Assembly: GCA_031550915.1 (NCBI GenBank)
Contig: JAVBOF010000018.1
Span: 1-40,088 of the forward strand
DNA: 40,088 nucleotides
Source of the DNA: Eubacteriales bacterium
GTDB taxonomy: Bacteria > Bacillota > Clostridia > Christensenellales > MGBC116941
Direction of reading: 5' to 3'
In this document: positions 25,468 through 34,461 of the stretch, in pieces
How positions within the stretch are numbered: the stretch's first letter is position 1
Layout of the letters: every line of letters starts with the position of its first letter
Position numbers and translations under genes: made by a program
Notes under the pieces: model-generated
Told to the model about the DNA's origin: nothing
The model's input: the letters and a program-made list of their open reading frames with translations, nothing else
Databases searched by the model: none

Positions 25468-26655
25468 ATGAGAATACCCGAATACTTTGAATTTATGAAT
25501 TCTGTGAAGATACTGTCCGGCAAAAACGCGCTGGAAAATATACCGTTTGAGCTTAAAAATCTTGAAGCAAAACGCACTATGGTACTGACAAACCAGATGC
25601 TGCTGGATCTTGGTATAACGGAAAAAGCAATAGCGGGTATGAAGGCTGAAAATATGGATCCCTGCTGTATCTACGCTGATATACCAAACGATTCATCCGT
25701 AACAATAGTTAACGGCATTAAAAAACTCTATATAGAAAACGACTGCGACAGCCTGCTGGCAATAGGCGGAGGCTCGGTAATAGATACAGCGAAAGGAGTT
25801 CGCATGCTGCTCAGTCAAAACTGCGAAGATCTTTTGCAACTGCAAGGCTGTGAAGCCATAACAAAAGGCAGACACATACCGTTCATCGTCGTACCGACGA
25901 CCGCGGGTACCGGCTCTGAAGCTACGTTGGTAGCCGTCATCGCCAATACCGAGAAGAACATCAAAATGGAGTTCATCTCATATAATCTGTTACCCGATTC
26001 CGTCATATTGGACGAGCGTATGACGCTTCCTATGCCGCCAAAACTCACCGCTTCAACCGGCCTCGATGCCCTTAGCCATGCGATAGAAGCCTATACATGC
26101 CTGCAAAGCAACCCTATAAGCAGTGCATTTGCCACAATAGCGGTCGAGCTCATATCAAATAATCTTATCAACGCGATAAACCGGGGCAACGATGCGCAGG
26201 CCCGCCTAGCAATGGCTAACGCGTCTTTGATGGCAGGCATAGCTTTTTCCAATAGTATGGTCGGCATTGTTCACGCTATCGGGCATGCTTGCGGCGGTGT
26301 GGCACATGTACCGCATGGCGACGCTATGACTATACTGCTGCCGCACTGTATGGAATATAATCTGGACTATTGCGGAGAGGACTACGGTAAGCTGCTCCTT
26401 TACTTTGCTGGAGAGGATAAGTATGTCTCAACCCCCAAAGCGGAGCGCGGAAAAGCATTTATTGCCTGCGTCGCTGATTTTATAAATGAAGCGAACAAAC
26501 TAACCGGTATCCCAACAAAGCTATCCTCCTGCGGCGTGACGGAAGATCTGCTGGAGCAGATAGCCAAAACCGCTCTGAACGATGGAGCAATGATCGTCAA
26601 CCCCCGGGAAGCGGGTTATGACGATGTCGTCGAAATCTTAAAGAAAGCGTTGTAA
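25468..26655 (+). CDS. Iron-containing (group III) alcohol dehydrogenase
   Basis: ATG 25468 follows GGAGG. Motifs: GGGSVIDTAKG, VPTTAGTGSE. Metal ligands lie in GLDALSHAIEAY and VHAIGHACGGVAHVPHGDA. Confidence 0.9.
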   Translation: MRIPEYFEFMNSVKILSGKNALENIPFELKNLEAKRTMVLTNQMLLDLGITEKAIAGMKAENMDPCCIYADIPNDSSVTIVNGIKKLYIENDCDSLLAIGGGSVIDTAKGVRMLLSQNCEDLLQLQGCEAITKGRHIPFIVVPTTAGTGSEATLVAVIANTEKNIKMEFISYNLLPDSVILDERMTLPMPPKLTASTGLDALSHAIEAYTCLQSNPISSAFATIAVELISNNLINAINRGNDAQARLAMANASLMAGIAFSNSMVGIVHAIGHACGGVAHVPHGDAMTILLPHCMEYNLDYCGEDYGKLLLYFAGEDKYVSTPKAERGKAFIACVADFINEANKLTGIPTKLSSCGVTEDLLEQIAKTALNDGAMIVNPREAGYDDVVEILKKAL

Positions 26656-26687
26656 CGTATGGTTATGGCTCTTGCGCGATAAAAAAT

Positions 26688-27491
26688 ATGAATAATTTTG
26701 TGTTTGCATTCTTATTAACGCTAATCGCTGGCCTTTCTACGGGAATTGGCAGCCTTATTTCTTTGGTCGCAAAAAAAACCAGTACGCGGTTCCTGTCCAT
26801 TGCCCTCGGTTTTTCCGCAGGGGTCATGATTTATGTTTCTATGGTCGAGATACTGACGATCGCGCGGGATTCGTTGAAGTCCGCACTGGGTACAAAGCAA
26901 GGCGAATGGATAACGGTCCTTGCTTTCTTTGGCGGTATTCTTATAATCGCAATTATAGATAAGCTCGTGCCGTCAGGAAACAATCCCCATGAAAGCAAAA
27001 AAGTAGAAAGCATGCACGAGGATACGGCTTCAAAAAGCGGCAAACTTATGCGCATGGGCGTTATGACCGCTCTTGCAATCGCCATACACAATTTCCCGGA
27101 AGGGTTGGCGACTTTCACCTCCGCATTGAAGGAACCAAAGCTTGGCATAGCGATAATGATAGCGGTAGCGATACATAATATACCCGAAGGTATTGCGGTA
27201 TCCGTCCCTGTATATTTCGCGACGGGCAATAAGAAGAAGGCTTTTTACCTATCGTTCCTGTCTGGTCTTTCGGAGCCTGCCGGTGCGTTGATAGGCTATT
27301 TGCTGCTCTACCGTTTCTTCAACGATGTAATGTTCGGAGTTCTTTTCGCGGCGGTTGCTGGAATAATGGTATTCATATCTTTGGATGAACTGCTGCCTAC
27401 GGCAAGGGAATACGGAAAGCCCCATCTTGCGATATACGGGCTTGTCGCAGGCATGATGGTAATGGCTGCGAGTTTGATACTTTTTATGTAA
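26688..27491 (+). CDS. zupT: ZIP family zinc transporter ZupT
   Basis: 267 aa, about 8 TM helices. AIAIHNFPEGLA and AVAIHNIPEGIAV are the signature ZIP motifs. Confidence 0.9.
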   Translation: MNNFVFAFLLTLIAGLSTGIGSLISLVAKKTSTRFLSIALGFSAGVMIYVSMVEILTIARDSLKSALGTKQGEWITVLAFFGGILIIAIIDKLVPSGNNPHESKKVESMHEDTASKSGKLMRMGVMTALAIAIHNFPEGLATFTSALKEPKLGIAIMIAVAIHNIPEGIAVSVPVYFATGNKKKAFYLSFLSGLSEPAGALIGYLLLYRFFNDVMFGVLFAAVAGIMVFISLDELLPTAREYGKPHLAIYGLVAGMMVMAASLILFM

Positions 27492-27509
27492 ATTACGAGG
27501 CGAAATGAT

Positions 27510-27535
27510 AGGGCTGCTTGTTGCAGCCCTTTTAT
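27510..27535. terminator. Intrinsic terminator between convergent zupT and pgi
   Basis: GGGCTGC (27511-27517), loop TTGTT, GCAGCCC (27523-27529), then TTTTAT. Confidence 0.7.
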
Positions 27536-27576
27536 ATGTCATCCTAATAGCCCGCTAAATAAGCGAGAATACCTCG

Positions 27577-28965
27577 TTATATCAAATAGTCATTGCTGCC
27601 CTGCGCTTCCAAAAGCTCCTTGCACAGGTCTTCATAACCTTCCCTGCCCATCAACGCGTAGGTTGCGTTTTTGCCCGCTTCTACGCCCGGCTGGTCGAAG
27701 GCGTCTATGCAAAGCAGCTCTCCCGCAATCGCAGTCTGCATCTCCAAAAGATAGACGAGCTGGCCAAAAAAGTACTCGTTCGCCCTAGGCAAATAGATCG
27801 TCATATTCGGTTTTCCTGCTTTAGTAACAGCGTATTCCGTCGCCTTTCGTTCGCTGTCGATCAATTCGCTCAAGCTGTGTCCGCACAAAAAATTGATATT
27901 CGCATATTCCTCAAAGCCTTTCGATATCTCGAATTCGGAGGAAAAAGTATCCAAGGCAAGAAACACCAAATTTTTATCGTCCGGCCCTTCGGTATAAAGC
28001 TGTACCTGCGAATGTTGGTCGGTGACCCCCAGCGCTTTGACCGGAGTTTGCCCTGTATGCACAACCTTGCCATCCAAATCATACTTTTTGCCAAGCGATT
28101 CCGCCCATAGCTGCGCAAACCAATCTGCCATGTACTTCAGAGTATCCGCGTACGGCATCATTACCGTTATGTTTTTGCCCTTGCACATGCATATATGCTG
28201 CAAAGCCGCGCACATGAAGGCGGGGTTTTTATAAACATCCGCAACGGAGCATATCTTATCCATATCCGCCGCGCCCTGCAGCATATTTTCGATATCCATA
28301 CCGCAAACTGCTGCGGGTAAAAGGCCAACGGGGCAAAGCTGGCTGAACCTGCCGCCAACGCCTTCCGGTACTATAAACTTCTTGAACCCATATTGTTCCG
28401 CAAGCTTACAAAGGTTGCCCTTCTCGATATCCGTCGTCACAACGATGTTTTCCGCCCATTTTTCTCCAAGCCTTTCTTTTAAAAGACTGCTTATTATAAG
28501 AAATTGCGCCATGGTTTCACTAGTACTGCCAGATTTTGATACTATATTGAAACATGTTTTTTCTATTTCAATAACATCCAGCAAAGACGTCATTCTTGTT
28601 GGGTCCACATTGTCCTCAACATACAGCTTTGGACCCCTGCGCTTATCATCCGGCAGTTCGTTCCAGCGCAAATGGTTCAGCATCTGCTGCGCAGCTATCG
28701 GCCCCAATGCGGAGCCGCCGATGCCAAATACCACAAACGCTTTAAAATGCTGTCTAACATGCCCGGCAAAGGCCTTGATATCGGCGACGATTTCCTCTTG
28801 CGAATATGGCAGGTCACGCCATACCATCCCGCTTCGTTTGTTTTCAATGCGTTCAAATATCCGGGCCGCGCCTTTCTGTATATTATCCAATTCCTGTTTC
28901 TTCACGCCATGCTTGCCCACACATATTTCCATCATATTACGGTAATCCAAACGAATATTATCCAT
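27577..28965 (-). CDS. pgi: Glucose-6-phosphate isomerase
   Basis: 462 aa. Motifs FGIGGSALGP, VSKSGSTSET, GGRFS and GVTDQHSQVQL are typical of the short Firmicutes-type PGI. Confidence 0.9.
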   Translation of the reverse strand: MDNIRLDYRNMMEICVGKHGVKKQELDNIQKGAARIFERIENKRSGMVWRDLPYSQEEIVADIKAFAGHVRQHFKAFVVFGIGGSALGPIAAQQMLNHLRWNELPDDKRRGPKLYVEDNVDPTRMTSLLDVIEIEKTCFNIVSKSGSTSETMAQFLIISSLLKERLGEKWAENIVVTTDIEKGNLCKLAEQYGFKKFIVPEGVGGRFSQLCPVGLLPAAVCGMDIENMLQGAADMDKICSVADVYKNPAFMCAALQHICMCKGKNITVMMPYADTLKYMADWFAQLWAESLGKKYDLDGKVVHTGQTPVKALGVTDQHSQVQLYTEGPDDKNLVFLALDTFSSEFEISKGFEEYANINFLCGHSLSELIDSERKATEYAVTKAGKPNMTIYLPRANEYFFGQLVYLLEMQTAIAGELLCIDAFDQPGVEAGKNATYALMGREGYEDLCKELLEAQGSNDYLI

Positions 28966-29076
28966 AGTTAATTTCCTTCTTTATCTTTAATATTTTTAAT
29001 TAATTCCAATTACCTAGATAAAACACCGCCAACAAAGCATATACATTATCAAAAGACATTATTCGGAGGCTTTCAT

Positions 29077-29592
29077 TTGCAAACAAAAACCACCGTCAAT
29101 CATAAACTCATCCTTTTCTGTACAGCGGCATCTTTGATATGCCTGCTTATCATAATATTCTTCCTGCCGTCCATAAAAGTCCGCTCGGTATTTGGCTCCG
29201 CTCCAACCGAAACCGGAAAATTAATCGTCAGAGTGGAGGATGGAATGAGCGCCAAACCGCTGGCAGGCGCCAGGGTAGTTGTAGCGGAAACCGGAAAATC
29301 GTATATTACCGACGCAAACGGCAAAACCGAGACGATCACAGTGCCAATACTCCGCAATGAAAACATGTCTAAGGTGCTTCCGCAACCTTGGGGAGAGATA
29401 ACTTTGATAGTGTATGCAGATGGATATCTTCCCTACGTACTGGTGCATGGAATGATTTTACCTGACCAAACACGCAACGGGCCGGATATCCTGATGTTTC
29501 GTAAAGAAAACGCTGAAAGCGGGCAACCTTTCACTATAGTAGAAGCCCCGAATAAGCTTTGGGTAAACGAGTTGATAAAAAAGTTTGAATAG
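29077..29592 (+). CDS. Hypothetical membrane-anchored protein with carboxypeptidase-regulatory-like (CarboxypepD_reg) beta-sandwich
   Basis: TTG 29077 lies 7 nt after GGAGG. N-terminal TM helix LILFCTAASLICLLIIIFF. LIVRVEDGMSAKPLAGARVVVAETGKSYITDANGKTE matches the CarboxypepD_reg pattern. Confidence 0.5.
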   Translation: MQTKTTVNHKLILFCTAASLICLLIIIFFLPSIKVRSVFGSAPTETGKLIVRVEDGMSAKPLAGARVVVAETGKSYITDANGKTETITVPILRNENMSKVLPQPWGEITLIVYADGYLPYVLVHGMILPDQTRNGPDILMFRKENAESGQPFTIVEAPNKLWVNELIKKFE

Positions 29593-29593
29593 T

Positions 29594-30400
29594 CTATTCG
29601 AATATTCTTTTCATTAACGAGAGTGATTCAAAAAGGCTTTCATCTGTATCAAAATTATCGGCATATACCTCAACGATCAAATTGCCGTCATAACCTATCG
29701 CATCCAGTTCATTTTTCAACCGATAAAAATCAAAATGCCCATCTCCGGGAAGGCATAGTCTTGTTCTATCCCGCTCCTCGATGTAATCGCAAATATGTAT
29801 GTTCGCGAGCCTCCGTCCCATCTTTGAAAGGTAATCGAATGGCGAATGCCCGCTCATAACCGCCTGCTTCACATCCAAAGTAAAATAGACGTTATCGCTC
29901 TCGCAGTGCTTCAAAAGCCCCTGTTCAAAGCCCGGGTAATGGTAGATGCACCAATGTACGTTTTCCAGGGTAAAACGCAAACCATGCTGCTTTGCAGTCT
30001 CCGCAAGCCTGTCTATATGCGGCGCGATGTTTTCAAACTTCGTGCTGTAATCATTCGTCCTCTTCAAAAGCATAGGTCCGTGCAAAACATACATAGACGC
30101 TTCCAGCATATTTGCCCTGTCCATCAACGTTCTAAAGACATCGAAAGCGTCGCTTCTTTGCCTTTCGTTGCGCGAAAACAGCTGCGGTTCAAACTGAGTA
30201 GATACCGGATGTATCGACTGTACTCGAACACCGTACCTTAAAGAGATATCATGCAGATCCTCTACAAAGGACGGTTCATATTCGCTTGCCGAACATAAAA
30301 AAACTTCGCACAGATCCACACCCTGCCTGCCGATATCCTCCAATGCTGCTTCCGTGTGTTTTTTTGAATAATAGCAGGCCGTCGAGAGTCCAACTTTCAT
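29594..30400 (-). CDS. Sugar phosphate isomerase/epimerase (xylose isomerase-like TIM barrel, AP_endonuc_2 family)
   Basis: 268 aa. The pattern of conserved acidic/His residues (LENVHW..., ICDY..., PGDGHFDF) is typical of the family. The substrate is unknown. Confidence 0.7.
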   Translation of the reverse strand: MKVGLSTACYYSKKHTEAALEDIGRQGVDLCEVFLCSASEYEPSFVEDLHDISLRYGVRVQSIHPVSTQFEPQLFSRNERQRSDAFDVFRTLMDRANMLEASMYVLHGPMLLKRTNDYSTKFENIAPHIDRLAETAKQHGLRFTLENVHWCIYHYPGFEQGLLKHCESDNVYFTLDVKQAVMSGHSPFDYLSKMGRRLANIHICDYIEERDRTRLCLPGDGHFDFYRLKNELDAIGYDGNLIVEVYADNFDTDESLFESLSLMKRIFE

Positions 30401-30421
30401 ATCTTGCCATCCAATAACAAA

Positions 30422-30925
30422 TTAGAATTCCCCAACTTTGCGCGCGCAAAGCATTACATATGCAGCGCTAGAAAGGCGGTTTACCGCCTGGATTATATCC
30501 TGTCTGTCGTTATCCATCCTTGCAAAGGAGGCGACAGCCCATCTTTCCATCTCCCGTATCTTTGTCCTAAGTATGTTTATCAGTGCGGATATCTCATCGA
30601 TATCCGTCTCCCTGAAAGAAAAAGCGCATCCATAGAACCTGTCCGGAAAATGGGAGCGCTCGTGCAGCTCATCCGCGCTCATCCCCATCAAAGAGAAATC
30701 GTTCATCGGTTTTTGAAGAACATCTGCGCGCATAAGCTTTCCGCAGATATCCAGCAGTTCGCCCATACATTTTGCAACGTTTTCTTCGCCGCTTTTCCTT
30801 GCCACTGTGCCTATATACAGGATTATTGATTCAACGGTATCCAGACACCCGCGAAAATGTATGCTGGCATCATCCTTGCGTATCTCCTCTTTGCCCCTTA
30901 AAGATGTCATAAACTGTTTTTTCAA
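30422..30925 (-). CDS. PduO-type cob(I)alamin adenosyltransferase family (Cob_adeno_trans-like) protein
   Basis: 167 aa; start is TTG 30925 or ATG 30910. MTSLRGKEEIRKDDASIHFRGCLDTVESIIL resembles the HLRG...K.HPRI.FRGKLD.L motif of clostridial EutT/PduO-like adenosyltransferases. The rest is predicted helical bundle. Confidence is medium. Confidence 0.5.
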   Translation of the reverse strand: MKKQFMTSLRGKEEIRKDDASIHFRGCLDTVESIILYIGTVARKSGEENVAKCMGELLDICGKLMRADVLQKPMNDFSLMGMSADELHERSHFPDRFYGCAFSFRETDIDEISALINILRTKIREMERWAVASFARMDNDRQDIIQAVNRLSSAAYVMLCARKVGEF

Positions 30926-30948
30926 TTGCCATCCCCCCCGATATACGC

Positions 30949-31065
30949 CTATAGCTGAACCTTAGATATATTATACATTGCAAGCAGGATATATACCAAA
31001 GCGATAAAAGCCACTGCAAATATAACTATTTTAACAATGGTAAAATACTTCTTTTTTTCTTTCAT
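30949..31065 (-). CDS. Small hydrophobic peptide, 38 aa (below ORF-track cutoff)
   Basis: Hand translation: MKEKKKYFTIVKIVIFAVAFIALVYILLAMYNISKVQL*. The ATG (31065-31063) lies 5 nt after GAGGGA. A candidate promoter is TTGACG (rc 31136-31141), 18-nt spacer, TAGTAT (rc 31112-31117). It has a basic N-terminus and one TM helix. Confidence 0.45.
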   Translation of the reverse strand: MKEKKKYFTIVKIVIFAVAFIALVYILLAMYNISKVQL

Positions 31066-31249
31066 ATTGTCCCTCATCCGCAACCCTGCTTCTGTAAATT
31101 TTATATAATTCATACTATCAAAAATTAAACTTTATCGTCAAGTCAATTAAAAAGCGATATACTCCTTTCTATACAAAAGAGCCTATGACATACCCATACT
31201 TTGGCGCCATCGGCTCTTCCTATATTCTTTTTAGTAATCCATCGGGAAA

Positions 31250-32434
31250 CTATTCCTGCCGGAGGGCTTCGATCGGGTCAAGAGCGGCCGCCTTGCCCGC
31301 AGGATAAATGCCAAAAAACAAGCCTATACCGATCGCGAACAAGGAAGATATCAGCAGGGTTTTTGACGATATAATGAACGGGACTTGAACAATGGAAGAA
31401 AACCCAAACGAGGCGAGCATACCGAAAGTAATGCCAAACAGCCCTCCGATCACCGCGTACGCAAGGGATTCGATCATAAACTGCAAAAGTATTTGCCCTT
31501 CGGCTGCGCCCAGTGCTTTTCGGATACCAATCTCCTGAGTGCGCTCCTTTATGCCTACAAGCAGTATATTCATAATTCCTATACCGCCGACTAAGAGTGA
31601 TATCGCCGCAATCGCAGCTATTACAAGCCGGAAAGTGCTCAGGATGTTGTCAGCGGTTTCCATCTCATTGGAAAGGTTGAACATCTTGAATCCGCCGGTG
31701 CCAAAATGACGCGTTTTCAATATATTCAAAGCTTCTTTGCCAATGCTGTCCATGCTCTCGTTATGGTTGTCCGCAGACACCGATATGGATATCTCGTCTA
31801 TTGTGTCCATATTAAAAACCGCTTCCATTGTCTTAAGCGGTATATAACATTTTCCCGAAGCGCTCGATGCGAACAAAACGCCGCCTTTTTCTACACCTAC
31901 GACCATAAACGGTCTGCCCTGCAGAATAACTTTTTGAGAAATGGGGTTTTCGCCTCCAAACAACTCTTTTGCTATTTCTTCGCCTAAAACTATCGTCTTT
32001 TTGCCGTTTTCAGTATCCTTTTCATTCAGGAATCTGCCCCTTCCCAGACGAATATCTTCGATCTCCAATAGCTTTTCGTCGGTTCCCATGATTTCGGCGT
32101 TTTGCTTCCTTCCGTCTGTGGTCATCAACGTGCCTTTCCGGTATGAAGCCATACTAACTGTATGCTCCTGCATCCTTTTTTCAACGGCTGCCGCGTCACT
32201 CTTCGTTATCAGGCTCTCCTGGCTCAATTTGTTATTGGCAGTATATAGCCATATCCGGTTAACGCCCAGCCTCTGCAATTCGCCGTCTATACGCACGCTG
32301 CCCCCGTCACCGAGCGATATTACCGCTATCATGGAAGCAATGCCTATAACAATACCAAGCATCGTTAAGACCGTCCGCATCATGTTTGCGCGCATCTGCT
32401 GGAAAGCCATTTTGATGTATTCGAATAGCGTCAT
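31250..32434 (-). CDS. ABC transporter permease, MacB/FtsX type (MacB_PCD + FtsX domains)
   Basis: 394 aa. N-terminal MRANMMRTVLTMLGIVIGIASMIAVISLGDG, an extracytoplasmic domain and 3 C-terminal TM helices. ATGA overlap with the upstream ATPase stop (32431-32434). Confidence 0.9.
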   Translation of the reverse strand: MTLFEYIKMAFQQMRANMMRTVLTMLGIVIGIASMIAVISLGDGGSVRIDGELQRLGVNRIWLYTANNKLSQESLITKSDAAAVEKRMQEHTVSMASYRKGTLMTTDGRKQNAEIMGTDEKLLEIEDIRLGRGRFLNEKDTENGKKTIVLGEEIAKELFGGENPISQKVILQGRPFMVVGVEKGGVLFASSASGKCYIPLKTMEAVFNMDTIDEISISVSADNHNESMDSIGKEALNILKTRHFGTGGFKMFNLSNEMETADNILSTFRLVIAAIAAISLLVGGIGIMNILLVGIKERTQEIGIRKALGAAEGQILLQFMIESLAYAVIGGLFGITFGMLASFGFSSIVQVPFIISSKTLLISSLFAIGIGLFFGIYPAGKAAALDPIEALRQE

Positions 32435-33108
32435 TCAGTACCAGCCGCCTTTATCAATCCGCCATTATGCAGCGTAATGCACTTGTCTGCAAAGGCGGCT
32501 ACCTCTTTGGAATGTGTTATTAATGCAATGGTCACGCCTTCTTTGTTGAGCTTCTTAAACAATTTCATAATCTCACAACCTGTACTTTCATCCAAATTGC
32601 CCGTAGGCTCATCCGCCAAAATAAGTTTTGGTTTATTTACCAGTGCGCGCGCTATGGCCACCCTTTGCTTTTGCCCGCCGGAAAGCCTGCTGGGGTTATG
32701 CAAATACCTGTCTGCAAGGCCTACCTTGTCAAGCATCTCCATTGCTATCGCGCGCCTAGCGTTCGCCGGTATTCCCCTGTATATCATCGGCAATTCCACG
32801 TTTTCTATGGCGTTGAGCTTGGGAAGCAGATAAAAGGATTGAAAAACAAACCCTATTATATTATTGCGCACCTTCGAAAGTTTGTTGGAGCTTAGGCCGG
32901 AAACGTTCTTGCCCTCCAAAAAGTAATCCCCTGCATAATCCTTATCCAGGCATCCAAGTATACTCATCAGTGTAGTTTTGCCGCTGCCCGAAGGCCCCAT
33001 TATAGCCATAAAATCACCGTCGTATATACGCAAATTAATGCCGCTAAGCGCGCTCACGCTGCCTTCACCATTCTCGTATATCTTCGTAACGCTTTCGATC
33101 CTAATCAA
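32431..33108 (-). CDS. ABC transporter ATP-binding protein (MacB/LolD-like)
   Basis: Likely TTG start at 33108 follows GGAGGTGG. Walker A GPSGSGKTT, signature LSGGQKQR, Walker B LILADEPTGNLD. Confidence 0.9.
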   Translation of the reverse strand: MIRIESVTKIYENGEGSVSALSGINLRIYDGDFMAIMGPSGSGKTTLMSILGCLDKDYAGDYFLEGKNVSGLSSNKLSKVRNNIIGFVFQSFYLLPKLNAIENVELPMIYRGIPANARRAIAMEMLDKVGLADRYLHNPSRLSGGQKQRVAIARALVNKPKLILADEPTGNLDESTGCEIMKLFKKLNKEGVTIALITHSKEVAAFADKCITLHNGGLIKAAGTE

Positions 33109-34285
33109 TTGCCACCACCTCCATACCATCCCGCAATTCCTTAGGCGGCGCTATTACGACCTCGTCGCCAAGCGCCAATCCTTCCGTTATCTCCGCGAAG
33201 AAATCGTCCCTCAGACCGGTTTTGACTTTTCGCTTGTGTACTTTTCCACCCTGTAAAATAAAAACCTCATCATCGCTTGTAAATGCGTCCAGGGATAAAA
33301 CGGGAACACTCTTTGTTTCGTTCGTTATCAAAGCAACATCCACGCTTTGGCCGGGCACTGCCGTAAAATGAGCGGGCATCTCGATATTTACCCTGCCCGC
33401 GTTGATCATGCCCTGCTCGCTAGCAAACGGCTCTATCATGCTGTTTATTTCGTTTATTTGCCCGGTGGTATATAGTCCCGGATCGGAGGGATGGGTCACC
33501 TGTGCCTTTTGCCCTATCGAAATCTTGCCCATTTCCCGCTCAAATACATAGGCATCTATACTTACATGCTTATCGTCGCCGATTACCATCGCTCCCGCAC
33601 CCGCCACGATACCATCCCCTGCCTTTATTCCGCAGGACAACACCTTTCCCGCTATCCTGCTTTTAACTTTCAAATCTTCCTTTTTCTTTTCCAAGGTATT
33701 AAGCTTTTTTTGCGCCGTTGATAACTCAATAGTATCAGCATCCATACCGGAAGCCGCAACGGATACATCAGCCGCGGTAAAAGAATTGACAGGCAGAGTA
33801 TTCTCCAATGCGTCCGGATTAAGCCTTAATTGTGAGACCAAATTGTTAAAATCCTCGTAATCATAGCCGCTGTTTTGGGCAAGAGCCAATGCAGCTTTTG
33901 TCTTCTTGTCGATCATCGAAAGACTACCTGTGGAGCCGGAAAACACCTCCGATGTACCCGCTCTGTCTTTCACCGCCATATATTCACCCAGCGCCTCTTC
34001 GATTTGTATATCCAGATCGGTACTCCGCAATGAGAACAAAACATCCCCTTTACGTACCGTTTGTCCGTTTTTTACATAGACTTCGTCTACGATGCCGGCG
34101 GAAGGCGCGGCGGCGGCGTATTCGCCTGAGGATACCACCGTGCCCATCGCGTCTACGGCAACAACTATATCGCCTTTTTCAATAACAGCCGTCTCAACTT
34201 CCAAAGCCACCGGCCTTTTGGCGATGACTAGATACGCCGAAAGCAATATCGCAAAAGCCCCAATAATGATAAACGCCTTTTTCAC
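33101..34285 (-). CDS. Efflux transporter periplasmic adaptor subunit (HlyD/MacA-like membrane fusion protein)
   Basis: Likely GTG start at 34285 (VKKAFIIIGAFAILL) follows AGGGGGGA; the track ORF extends to 34351. It has an N-terminal anchor, a lipoyl/barrel-sandwich motif (GIVDEVYVKNGQTVRKGDVLF), a coiled-coil hairpin and a beta-barrel. Confidence 0.85.
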   Translation of the reverse strand: MKKAFIIIGAFAILLSAYLVIAKRPVALEVETAVIEKGDIVVAVDAMGTVVSSGEYAAAAPSAGIVDEVYVKNGQTVRKGDVLFSLRSTDLDIQIEEALGEYMAVKDRAGTSEVFSGSTGSLSMIDKKTKAALALAQNSGYDYEDFNNLVSQLRLNPDALENTLPVNSFTAADVSVAASGMDADTIELSTAQKKLNTLEKKKEDLKVKSRIAGKVLSCGIKAGDGIVAGAGAMVIGDDKHVSIDAYVFEREMGKISIGQKAQVTHPSDPGLYTTGQINEINSMIEPFASEQGMINAGRVNIEMPAHFTAVPGQSVDVALITNETKSVPVLSLDAFTSDDEVFILQGGKVHKRKVKTGLRDDFFAEITEGLALGDEVVIAPPKELRDGMEVVAID

Positions 34286-34400
34286 AATCGTCCCCCCTAT
34301 TAATTGTAAGGAAAATCTTATGCCAATATTATTCTGCCTTTTGAAAGGCAAGTTATTCCGTTATGGCTATAAAAAAAATCATAACCCAGGACAAAAAACG

Positions 34401-34449
34401 CTTGCATTAATATTCATATATATTGTATAATAATGAAATATTATTTATG
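34401..34449 (+). promoter_or_regulatory. argC promoter overlapped by ARG-box-like (ArgR/AhrC) operator sites
   Basis: -35 TTGCAT (34402-34407), 18-nt spacer, -10 TATAAT (34426-34431). ARG-box consensus is wnTGAATwwwwATTCAnw. Box 1 at 34401-34418 (TGCAT-TAAT-ATTCA) matches 13/14 core positions. Box 2 at 34422-34439 (TGTAT-AATA-ATGAA) matches 11/14 and is offset by exactly 21 bp. Box 3 at 34432-34449 (TGAAA-TATT-ATTTA) matches 12/14. Confidence 0.5.
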
Positions 34450-34461
34450 GAGTTGTTTATT

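Noticed and set aside
31150-31249. Terminator of the MacAB-type efflux operon (AAGAGCC ... GGCTCTT followed by a T-run on the minus strand)
   Set aside because: It has a 7-bp stem but a loop of about 27 nt, which is too weak to list as a feature without folding-energy calculation.
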